A stretch of 64,000 nucleotides of DNA from assembly GCF_006345805.1 (NCBI RefSeq), contig NC_043012.1, forward strand, positions 4,774,001-4,838,000, in the 5' to 3' direction. Numbering within the stretch: the stretch's first letter is position 1; each line of letters starts with the position of its first letter. Both the position numbers and the translations under genes were made by a program. Below, piece by piece: positions 51,243 through 64,000 of the stretch. The notes beneath the pieces are model-generated. The model worked only from the letters and a program-made list of their open reading frames with translations, searched no databases and had not been told where the DNA came from. Source of the stretch: Octopus sinensis. Its lineage: Eukaryota.

Positions 51243-51369
51243 ACATCATTTACATTATTTACAATTGACGGATATTTGTTCTCATCTTGTTTGTTGTTAA
51301 CACAACGTTTCGGCTAGCCCACGCTCTTAACCCAAAGACTCCGAGTTCGATTCCAAGCAGTGATCTGAA

Positions 51370-51431
<62 letters not shown>

Positions 51432-51612
51432 ATCATGATAATAATAATAACATTGAAAAATACCTTAGGAATACCTTAGGAATGAGAGCCCAGGTTCGAA
51501 ATTTCCCCAAGACACCTGAAGAAGGCTGGAGGGTATATCAGCCGAAACGTTCTGTTAACAACAAACAAGATGGGGACAAATATCCGTCGAATGAAAATAA
51601 TACAAATAATGT
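51243..51612. mobile_element. Penelope-like element terminal fragment(s) in inverted arrangement
   Basis: ~70-bp inverted repeats at 51243-51316 and 51540-51612 (GACGGATATTTG...AACGTTTCGGCT / AGCCGAAACGTT...CAAATATCCGTC). CTGAAGA...CGAAACG motif typical of PLE ends. Internal (ACT)n. Confidence 0.65.
51511..51556 (+). ncRNA. Minimal type I hammerhead ribozyme-like motif
   Basis: GACAC-CTGAAGA-A-GGCTG(gagggtatat)CAGCC-GAAAC-GTT-CTGTT: core CUGANGA/GAAA, 5-bp stem II and palindromic ACGT stem III. The inverted copy reads GTGTT at the stem I position, which restores pairing with GACAC. Confidence 0.6.
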
Positions 51613-53391
51613 AATCGTACTTATTCTATCGGTCCATTTTGCCGAACCGCTACGTTACAGGGATGTAAACAAACCAACATCGGTTTCTAAGCGACGGGAG
51701 TGTGTAAAAACAGACACAAAGCTACACTGACTCAGACGCACACATACTCACATAAAAACAGATACAGACACACACACATACAGCACAAATATACAACACG
51801 CTTTGACACAGTCTTCATGTGCTAATTTCACTCAAAAGACGTTGATCGGCTTGGGGCTATTTCAAAAGAAACTTGCCTAAGGTGCCTTGTAGTGGGACTC
51901 AATCCAAAACCACGTGAGACAAAAGCGAGCTTCTTATCTGGAAAAAAACCATGACTTCAAAAAAAAAAAACTTTAAACAGGTCACGTTGTAGAATCGAAA
52001 CTAGGACTACCAGATTAGGAAGCGAACTCGGCCATTACGCATACACGAACAGCAGTTCGTACAGTATCAACAAAAACAACAACTTCAAGAGCAGCAGGAA
52101 TAACAACTTCCGAAACAACAACAAATATAAGGAGACGAATATAAAAAATCGAATCAACGGAGATGGTCGACAAATCATAGTATCACGTGATATACCCTGT
52201 TCCCATAGCAACTGAAAAGCAAATAATTTATTGCCACCAATTGAAGATAAAATCTTTATCTATTTTTTAACGAATATAACATGCGCCCAAGAGTATATGT
52301 AGGCGTGTGTCTGAATATAGGTGAATATGTATGGATGTGTGTGAGTGAATGTATGTGTGAATATACGTGTATGTGTGAATGTGTGCGAGTCTATATGTGT
52401 ATGTGTGTAAGTATACTTAACTATGGGTGAATGCGTCTGTGCATGTGGGTGTGTATGTGAGCGAGAGAAAGTAAGTTTTTCTGTGTGATCGTAACGCGTG
52501 TGTAATTTGACAGTTTCTATAATTTGTGTGTGTATGTGAGTGTGTATGTGTGATGTGTGTAAACTCTGTGATGTGTGTGCGTTCGTATGTGAAAGACAAA
52601 ATGTGTGTATGTGTGTGTGTGTGTTGCTTAGTGTGTGTATATGAGACTGATCGTTTTTCTCGTATGTGAGTTGCTTAACTGTAAGCGTGTGTATGTATGT
52701 GTGTGTGAGTGTGTAGGTATGTGTGTGTGTATGTGCATGTGTTTGGGCGAGTGTGTGTATTTGTGTGTGTGTGTGAAATCCTGTTGATGTGTGCACGTAT
52801 AAGTTTATTTTAATACTCCTGCGTACCTGATTGTTCGTATCAGTCCCTTAAACCCCTAAAGGTAAATTCCATCTGTGAAACGAGAGCATTCACACCTGTC
52901 GGCCAAGGTGGGAATTGGAAATATTTGAATATCTGTGACTACATTTACGCACGTACGTTTGTACAAAAGTATGTATGTATGTATGTATGTATGTATGTAT
53001 GTATGTATGTATGTATGTATGTATGTATGTATGTATGTATGTATGTATGTATGCATGTATGTATGTATGTATGTATTTATTTATGTATGTATGTATGTAT
53101 GTATGTATGTATGTATGTATGAATGTATGTATATATGTATGTATGTATGTATGTATGAATGTATGTATGAATGTATGTATGTATGTATGTATGTATGTAT
53201 ATATGTATGTATGTATGCATGTATGTATGTATGTATTTATTTATGTATGTATGTATGTATGTATATCTTCATGCATGTGAGAGTGATATAACTTGTTTCT
53301 GCTTGTAAGCATATATATATATATTATATCTATATTGATAGTAAAATTGTACGTATTTGTTCATACACACACATATACATACATACATACA

Positions 53392-53423
<32 letters not shown>

Positions 53424-54096
53424 CATACATACATACATACATACACACATACTTACATACGTACATACATACATATATATATATATATACATATAAATAT
53501 ATACACATATATGTGTGTGTGTACATGTATATATATGCTATATATATGCATGTATATATGCGACTATATATATGAAACTATATATATATGCATATATATA
53601 TATATATAACTTATACATAAACATATGCATATCTATACCTACGCGTGAAAATGCACACTTAGTAGACATACTTTTACGCTCTCATCCTTCTCTCTGTCAA
53701 ACTCACACATACGTGTCTATTTGTGTTTGTGTTCTTCTGTTTGTGTACATCAGTAGAAGCATCAATACGTTTGTGTATAAACGTATATACTTATATAAGG
53801 GGCGATGGAAAAACTCAAAACATTGGCTTGGAATATGATGTCTCCCAATTTGCTTTTCAATACCTGTGAGACGTGTTATTCACAGTGAGTGACTTGCTTA
53901 AAAGGCAACAGAAAAATTCACGCTGAGATAAGAACGGATATTTTCCACATCTGACTTCTGTGTGTGTGTATTTCCTATTGATATTTTTTTCTTAGATCTT
54001 TTATCAGTCACATTAATCTAATCAGAATATTTTTAAATTGTCAGGGCAAATCGACGACATATACGTAGATCTTTATGTACACCTGTATATATATAG

Positions 54097-54146
<50 letters not shown>

Positions 54147-55662
54147 CACATATATATGGTATATATAAAATAAAATACAGTATGTATATATATATATATA
54201 TATATATACATATATATGTATATATATGTATATATGTATATATAACATATATACATATATATACACGTAATATAATATATATAATATATATATCATATAT
54301 TATTATGCATATATATATAAACATATATGTATATATATTCATGTGTATGTATGTGTATTGGTATATATATCTATATATAGTAATATATATATATATATAG
54401 ATTATATCTATATGTATATGCATAGATATATATATTTATATGCAAATACATACATATACACACATACCCACATACACATACACATACACATGCATATATA
54501 CATATATTTCATATATATATACCTAGATATATGCATACACACATACATACATATATATATATATTATATATTATAATATATTATATATATATTATATAAT
54601 TATATGCTTATATTTATACACTTATATACACGCATGTGTTATATTTATGCATATATACATATGTGTATATGTTCATATATTCGTGGTATCATATTTCTGG
54701 AAGTATACCTACACATAGAAACATTCATCTTAATACACATATAGGAACATGCATACGTGTACACATACGTGTATTATTTTTTCGATATTTTATATGGAAT
54801 TAAAATGTAGAATTCAGAAACATCGCTTTGTGAATTCACATAGTATAACGTATATTTAGTTTGTTATAGAAAAATGAATATCCTTTAATCTGTGAACACG
54901 AAGACCGTTCTATACAGCCACTTATATACACTCTCACCTCCACAATTATATATTATTCGAAATTACGGTGCTGTGAATCGTAACTCAAAGTGTGAAAGTA
55001 TCTATTAATCAAACAGCTGAAGACCCTCCCCCACTCCAATTTCGTATTCCTTTGAGGGGAAATTCTTTATTTTTTGCTATAACGACACTTTGAATGATAT
55101 TGGCTTTCAGCATAGCGTACATAACATAGATATACAGTGACATTAAAAATGAAAATGCTGATAACGAAATATTATGTGGTGTAACCCCCACTATAGTTTA
55201 AATGTTAGTTATAAGGTTTCCGGTTTTTCTTAAACATAACAAATCAGCATTCCCCTTATGAATCATGATAGGTATAACTTTTTCAATAGAAATAACGTTA
55301 AAGTGAGATACAGCTACACCGAAGAGCCCTCTTGCTTCAAACGATTGTATGAACAGAAGAAATGTTTTCATGAAGGAAACGTAAATATTCTCCCTTTTGG
55401 ATAAATACAACAATCTTCCCTTTAAAGAAATCTATCCCTCTCTTTCTCTGTCTCTTACTCTTCTCTCTCTCTCTCTCTCTCTCTCAGTTTCACTCTCTTC
55501 TTGTGTCTGTCTGCGTGTGTACACATACAGGTATAAATACATATCTATATATACATATAATCATGCATGTGCCTGTATATATAATGTATGCATATAAATA
55601 GATATAAATGTGTATATCTATACATATAATTATGTGCATATACGTACATATATACCTATATA

Positions 55663-55712
<50 letters not shown>

Positions 55713-56944
55713 TATGTATACATATATATGTGTGTGTGTACATGCATATATATATATGTGTAGGTATGTATAAATATTATGCACATATATATGTATGCAT
55801 ATATATATAGACAAACAAACATATAGGTTTATTTAAACATTGTTTATCACAAGATAGTATGGCATGGTACCTTGTACAAGGCTCTCGTCAGTTTTCATTA
55901 GTCATAAATATTTGCTCGATTCATTGGGAAAACTAGGATATCATGAATGGCGGGAAAGAAGGCTGCACCAGCACTAGGCTAGTAATAATTTTCAGCTGAC
56001 AAGACTCGAGGCACGTGAGATGAGACTCGCTCAATGACTCAGTTGACTCACGATTCTACAGTCTTGCACCGATCACTTCAACCGCTAAGACATGCTCTTT
56101 CAGACGTACTCCATCCATACACGCGCACGACTACACACATACAGTCAAATACACAGACACACAGACACACGCGCGCAGAAATACACACTCACACTGACGA
56201 GAGTTCCAGTAACGGAACAGCCTACTCGTGAAATTAACTTATAAGTGACTGAGTATTCCACAGACACGCGTACCCTTACCGCAGTTCTTAGATAAATTCA
56301 TCATGACACAGAATGTAACAAGGATGATCCTTCGTAAATACAGATACTACTTATTTTTCGCCCAAAGAGTAGACGGGAGAAATGTGAATTAGGACACACT
56401 TCACTGCCGGGAATAGATCTCGCGACCATACGATCATGAGCCGAACACCCTAAACCACTCAGCAACGCGCTTACACGGACACACAACTACATATTTTCCT
56501 TTGTGTACTTTCTAATTCCGCAGAGACCAACATTCCCTTCCATCTTTTCAGTATCGATAAAAAATCTATGATTCCAGGGCTGGAATGTAAGAACGTCGGA
56601 TTGGGTACCTATTGGTGTTTATTCAGGTTGTTTGTGTTCTGAGTTCAAATCCCATTATGGCTTTGTTGTGTAGTAGACTCAGTCTGTTGATCGATTTAAC
56701 GTCACCAATTGCCCACCAACCCCACTGGCGCCTTTCGTGGAATCTCTGCACCCTTGCAAGCATTCAAGCCAGATTTCCGATCTCAGGTTATTTTCTTCAC
56801 TTTCACTTTTAAGTCTCGGAAGCCCTGTAACATGTCAGGGGTTCTACATCCCAGCTTGACTAAAGGATTATATATACATACATACACACATACATACACA
56901 TATATATTAACACACACACATATACACACATATACATATATGTA

Positions 56945-56996
<52 letters not shown>

Positions 56997-57049
56997 CATG
57001 GCTATAAACATATATATATACACATACATACACACGCACACACACACAC

Positions 57050-57110
<61 letters not shown>

Positions 57111-58095
57111 TCTTTCATGGCTATAAACAGATATGTTATTAACGGTAACTCATTACCGAGCACCTCAGCTAGTTTTAACTAAACTAAACTTTGCTTATGT
57201 CTAATCACAGATTGGTACTGATAATACGATAAATATATTAATAAAATTACTCAGAATATTTTGTTTCTTTCCCATTTAGTTGATATTTACTCCAGTTTCT
57301 TGTCTGCTAAATATTTCAACGATCTGCTAAAAATGATAATGATTTCAAATTTTGACACAAAGCCAGCAATTCCAGGAGTAGGGTGAAGCTGACTGCATCA
57401 CCCTCCAATGCGTAACTGGTACTTAGTGTATCGACCACGAAAGGATAAAAGGCTAGGTCGACCGCGGCGGAATTTGAACTCAGAATAAAACGATGCCCTA
57501 AGCAGTTTGGCCAACGCGGTAACGAGTCTACCAGCACGCCGTCTTGATCTCAAAGTCTGGTACGTAGGCAGCTACTTCGAGGAAGGGGGTAAGTCGATTA
57601 CATCGACCCAATGAGTAAATTAGCGGTTCATCAAAAGAAACCGATCGAATAAGTGCTAGGTTAAAAAAGAAGTTCTGGTTTCATTTAACTAGAAATTTTT
57701 CAAGGCGGTGCCCCAGGCTGGCCATGGTCTAATTACTGAAACAATTAAAAGATAAACTATATGGGTATTGAGTCATCTCATCAATATGTGTTCTTGTATT
57801 ATTCTTAATCTAGTTGCAAAATAATTCTTTTCTAAAAATAATTCTTTCTATTTTGGCTTAAGTCCGGCAAATTTAGGAGCAAGGCGTGAGTCGGTCACCC
57901 TGACTCCAGTAATTGAGTGTATACTTTATTTTATCGGCCTCGAAAGGATGAAGTGCAAAGTTGACCTTGGCCAGATTTCAACTGAGAACGTAAAGAGCCG
58001 GAAAAAAAAGAAACTGCCATGAAGCCTTTTGCTCGATGCGCTTACTGTTCTACCAGCTCGACAACGGAACTAGTTTTAGAATATGAATCCCAGTC

Positions 58096-58129
<34 letters not shown>

Positions 58130-58421
58130 AAGCACCTTCATACATACACCCTCACATTCAAGTATGTATGTGTGCATGTATGTATATATTTGCATGTAAG
58201 CGTGTATGTATGTGTCTGTATTTATGTATGTATGTGTGTATGTATGTATGTATGTATGCATGTATGTATGTGTGTATGTATTTATATATGTACGTGTTTA
58301 TGTATGTGTGTATGTATGTGTGTATGTATGCATGTATGTGTGTATGTATGCATGTATGTATGTATCTATCTATCTGAATCAATCAATCAGTCAATTGAAT
58401 CACTCATTCAATGAATCAATT

Positions 58422-58640
58422 AATCTATTTGTCTGTCTGTCTCTATGCATGTATGCATGTATTCATCTATCTCAATCAATTAATTAGTCAATCAATCAAT
58501 TATTCAATCCATCAATCAATCAATCTATTTGTCTGTCTGTCTCTATGCATGTATGCATGTATTCATCTATCTCAATCAATCAATTAGTCAATCAATCAAT
58601 TATTCAATCCATCAATCAATCAATCTATTTGTCTGTCTGT
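58422..58640. repeat. 100-bp tandem duplication inside compound microsatellite
   Basis: AATCTATTTGTCTGTCTGTC recurs at 58422, 58522 and 58622. Confidence 0.85.
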
Positions 58641-58731
58641 CTTCTGTCTCTTCTGTCTGTGTCTATGTATGTATGTAAATATGTATGTATGTAGGTATGC
58701 ATTTATCTGTCTGTCTGTCTGTTTGTCTGTT

Positions 58732-58762
<31 letters not shown>

Positions 58763-58822
58763 TTATCTAAGTATGTATGTATGTATGTATCTATCTATCT
58801 GTCTATCTCTCTATGTATGTAG

Positions 58823-58900
<78 letters not shown>

Positions 58901-59827
58901 CAAACTCGCTCATTCATTCAATGTTCCTTCTACCCTGTTTCATTCTATTTCATTCATAAGGCTTCCTTCTTTTTTTGTTCTGTTTTTTTTCTTATTTTTG
59001 ATCTTTTTTTTTGTTTTCCTCAAACTACGGAAGTGGACATTTGCCCAAAATACCACTCAGTGGGTATGATGCAATATGGAAGCACAAGGTTGTAAAAGTA
59101 ATTATCTTATCCATACAGCCATGTCTGCATTCACATTTCGACATAAAATATCGATTTTTTCGCTCTAGCAGCAAGCGAGGATGTGTGCGTATATGTCTCT
59201 CTCTCAAACTGTATGTTAAGCTGTGCAGATAAGAGAACGGCATACATCTAAACATAAGTAAAGAAAAAAATAATGCTCACAAAAACACACGCACACATAT
59301 ATAAATATATATAACAAACTAAATAGGCAATTTACAAATTCTCTTGGCTAAATCACGTGATACAGACTTACTTTCATTTTTTAAAAAAGATTTCTTTGAA
59401 AACAGAACAACGCTAGCGACATCAGATATTTAAAATACAACTCACAATATAAATTATATATGATTATATTATTAGTTTTGTATACAGTATATATTATATA
59501 GAAAGTATATAAATTGTATAAAGAATATGAGTGTATATAATAACTGTGTGTGTGTCTGTGTGTGTCTGTGATATATATTCTTATGCGTGTGTATGTTTCT
59601 TATAAAATGGAAAATATATATAAGCCATATATATAGAATAATGTATAATATAAATTAGTATGTATACAAAATATTTCAAAGAGTATGTATGTCATATGTA
59701 AATTTCTCTCCTCGATCCAAATGTGTACTCAATACAAAACAAAGAGCAGAAGTATATTTAAACCGGTCTCAGTGTGTCATTTGGAGCTAGCTTAAGTAAA
59801 CGTGTATACATATGCATGCATATATAG

Positions 59828-59911
<84 letters not shown>

Positions 59912-59984
59912 GTATCTATCTATACATCCATCTGTCTGTGTGTCTGTCTATCTATCCATCTGTCCGTCCGTCTGTCTGCCTGTC

Positions 59985-60043
<59 letters not shown>

Positions 60044-60103
60044 GTCTGTCTGTCTGTCTGTCTGTCTGTATGTCTGTTTGTCTATCTAACTATCTGTCCG
60101 CCC

Positions 60104-60181
<78 letters not shown>

Positions 60182-60196
60182 GTATCTATGTATCTA

Positions 60197-60233
<37 letters not shown>

Positions 60234-60235
60234 TC
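59828..60235. repeat. (TCTA)n/(TCTG)n microsatellite
   Basis: Direct reading. Similar tracts at 5670-5810, 8730-8800, 15605-15680 and 58790-58900. Confidence 0.95.
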
Positions 60236-60590
60236 TGTCTAGTTTGCTTTGTGTTATGTATCTATACATGCGAGTATTTACATGCATTGCATACGTTAAT
60301 ATATGTGTGTGTGAGCGAATGTGTGTCTTTGTGCGTGAATTAGTGTATGTTTGCGTATGTGTGTTTGCACGTGTGGGCGTGAGTATGTATGCATATATAT
60401 ATATATATATCAGTATGCAATCTACACTTATACATAAATATTTTAAATACATATTCCGTAAATGTGGTTTTTTTTTTTAATATATCTTATGCATTATAAC
60501 GTCAAAACATGTGCCCCAGCTTGGCCGAAATGCAATGACTGATGCAAACAAAATTTGAAAGGAAGCTGATACTCACACACACACACATGA

Positions 60591-60664
<74 letters not shown>

Positions 60665-61281
60665 GAGATTTTTCAGCTAAGGCCATATTCCATAGACTAA
60701 GTGCAGTGGAAATCTGAGAATGGGCCAACCTCCGATTATGAAAGTGAGTGATGACATAAGAATGACCTGAATTTAATATGGCTTTTTTTTTCTGCCTCTC
60801 AGATATTTAGTTACTTTACGTTTGTTTGTTTTTTTCTTTTATTTAAATTATTATCATAATTCTTTTTCTCGCAAGTTACTAGTTTCTGGTGTTGGATTAA
60901 TAAAATTACTTGCAGACATCTGTGTGTGTGTATGTATGTATATATATATATATATATATATTGTACACACACACACACACGCATATATGTATGTATGTAT
61001 GTATGTATACGTTGGTATGTCTGTGTTTACGTCTCCGTCACGTAGCGGTTCAGCAAAAGAGACCAATACAGTATGTACTAAGCTTACAAGAAATAAGTCC
61101 TGGGTTGATTTGCTCCAGCATGTCTGCAGTCAAATGACTGAACCAAATAAAAGAATAAAATAATATAGATATATACATATATATATAACACAGATACAAA
61201 AACATATATATACATATATAGACATATATATATACACACACACATATATATATATATATACACATACACACACACACATCT

Positions 61282-61320
<39 letters not shown>

Positions 61321-61994
61321 AGAAGTCTATATATATATATATATATATATATACTTCTTTCACTTTCTGTTTCCCAAATGCATATTTACAAGGCTTTGGT
61401 CGGTCCGAAGCTGTAGTAGAAAAACTCTTGGAAAAATTAGTCACGCAAAGGAAATGAACGTGGAATTTTGTGGTCGGGAAGCAAAACGCTTACCACACAG
61501 CCAAGCCAACGGAATATAATCGCATGCTTATCTAAATCCCATCAAGTATTAATCATAATTTGTCCTCCGATATTCCTATTCTATTATATATATTTGAATA
61601 TTTTGCAGAATATATTGACTACTGGAGAGTTAATTTGTTTTCTGTTAGACGCTAATATTATGATAAAAAAGAAAACGAACTTTCTGTGAAATACATTCGT
61701 ATTATTTAACAAATACAATTATAAATAATATTATCGTATAATTAAACAAAATTACATATTTTATTGTTCTATGACTAAATAAAATTATGAATTATATATT
61801 ATATAAATTATGTATTATTATATTAAATTATATGCTATCAGTATTGTATGAAAGTCTCATAAAAACATTATAGTATGATCAAGTAGATAGCGTCAGACTC
61901 TAACGTTTTATGGGCGCCGTTTTATTAAAATCTCTAAAATGTCGGTTAGAAAACTTGTGCCTAGTGTTGAAAAGAAAATATTATTATTTTAAAG

Positions 61995-62945
61995 CTGTGA
62001 GATGAGAGAATCGTTAGCACACCGAGCGAAACACTTAGCGGTATTTCGTCTGCTGTTACGTTCTGAGTTCTAATTCCGCCGAGGTCGACTTTGCCTTTCA
62101 TCCTTTCGGGGTCGATAAATTAAGTACCAGTTACGCACTGGGGTCATTATAATCAACTTAATCCATTTGTCTGACTTTGTTTGTCCTCTCTGTGTTTAGC
62201 CCCTTGTGGGTAGTAAAGAAATAGGTATTTCGCCTGCCGTTACGTTCTGAGTTCAAATTCTGCCGAGGTCGACTTTGTCTTTCATTCTTTCGGGGTCGAT
62301 TAAATAAGTACCACTTACGCACTGGGGTCGATATAATCAACTTAATCCGTGTGTCTGTCCTTGATCGTCCCCTCTGTGTTTAGCTGCTAGTGAGTAGTAA
62401 AGAAATAGGTATTTCGTCTGTCTTTATGTTCTGAGTTCAAATACCACCGAGGTCGACTTAGCGTTTTATCCTTTCAGGGTCGATAAATTAAGTACCAGTT
62501 GCGTACTGGTGTCGATGAAATCGACTGGTCCCCTTCCCAAAAGTTTCGGGCCTGGTGCCTAGAGCTGAAAAGAAAATATAATTAAGGCAGCGAGCTGGCA
62601 GGAACGTTAACAGGCCGGGCGGAATACTTAGCGATATTTCGTCTGTCTTTACGTCCTGAGTTCAAATTCTGCCAAGGACGACTTTGCTTTTCATCTTTTC
62701 AGGGTCGATAAATTAAGTACCACTTGTGTACTGGTGTCGATCTAATCGACTGGCCCTACTTCCCAAAAGTTTCGGGCCTAGTACTAGTGTAGAAAAGAAT
62801 CGTTAGCACGCCGGGTAAAATGGTGAGAGGCATTTCGTCTGTCTACGCAATGAGTTCCATTTCTGCCGAGGCTGACTTAACCTTTCATCCTTTCGGGGTC
62901 GATAAAATAAGCACCTGTTGAAATTCGCCGCGTGCCAAAATTTGA
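61995..62945 (+). mobile_element. SINE family A trimer followed by further monomers
   Basis: Repeated ~184-bp units and a second head at ~62585. Confidence 0.85.
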
Positions 62946-63394
62946 AATCATTGTTTGCTTCAGTTCTATGCAATCTAGGTTCAGATCCCACTGATTTCGG
63001 TATCCCTATGTTTTTCTTTCTGGGGTGGTAGTGAAGAACCGAACGAGGGAAGAGTATTATTTCCTATGTTTCTGTTACTTGTGTTAGTCATTAGACTGCG
63101 GCCATGCTGGGGTACTACCCTGACGGATGTAGTCGAAAACCAAAATCAATATTATTACTTATTTTAAAGCGTCATACTTATTCCAAGGGTGCCTTTCTTT
63201 TACCGAACCGCTCATGCATGAGGATATAAACAAACCAACACCGGTTGCCAAGTGGTGCTGGGGGACGAACACAGACAGAGAAACATGCACATATATGCAT
63301 ACATACATACATACATATATACATACATACATGCATGCATACATATACACACACGAACGCCCACCCATGAACACACAGCTACTCCTGCGCCTAT

Positions 63395-63778
63395 ACTCTT
63401 TTTACTCTTTTACTAATTTCAAACATTTGACTGCGGCCATGCTGGAGCACCGCCTTTAGTCAGGCAAAGCTACCCCAGGACTTATTCTTTGTAAGCCTAG
63501 TACTATTCTATCGGTCTCTTTTGCCGAACCGAAGCACAACAACATCGGTTGTCAAGCGATGTTGGGGGGACAAACAAAGAAACACAAACACACACACACA
63601 CACACATGTATATATATATACATACATATATACGACGGGCTTCTTTCAGTTTTTGTCTACCAAATCCACTCAAAAGGCTATAGTAGAAAACACTTGCCCA
63701 AGGTGCCACGCAGTGGGACTGAACCCGAAACCATGTGGTTCGTAAACAAGCTACTTACCACACAGCCACTCCCACGTC
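63395..63778 (-). mobile_element. SINE family B full-length copy
   Basis: Reverse complement of 957-1378, including the internal microsatellite. Confidence 0.85.
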
Positions 63779-64000
63779 TGTGTATGTATAATAATGTTCA
63801 TATACATATATTGTTATATATACATATACATGGACATACACATAGAAATGCCTATACATACATCCATGTGTGTGTGTGGGGGGGCATGTGAGTTTTATGA
63901 ATCTTTTTTTTAATAATTCCTTAATTTCAAACTCAAATTTTTTATCGTACATCTCTTATTATGAAGAAGTTTATTTATTATCTTCCTCGAAACATTTGCG

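Overview
AT-rich eukaryotic non-coding DNA saturated with microsatellites and several tRNA-derived SINE families. The repeat landscape strongly suggests an octopus genome; this is inferred from remembered octopus repeats, not from a search. I found no convincing host exon, and nearly all ORF-track entries are translated microsatellites or SINEs. The standout is a full-length endogenous CRESS-DNA (circovirus-like) virus at about 26577-28894, laid out as ori - cap(+) - rep(-) - ori. It has an Arg-rich capsid pseudogene and a convergent HUH/SF3 Rep pseudogene. Two ~170-bp direct copies of the origin region each carry the GGACGCCTG/CAGGCGTCC stem-loop; the left has a perfect TAGTATTAC nonamer on the minus strand and the right is altered at the nick site. 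The window also holds a nearly full-length decayed Tc1 transposon, a mariner-like fragment, an RTE-like LINE fragment, a Penelope-like end with a hammerhead-ribozyme core, multimeric SINE arrays with target-site duplications, several inverted repeats and one 100-N assembly gap.
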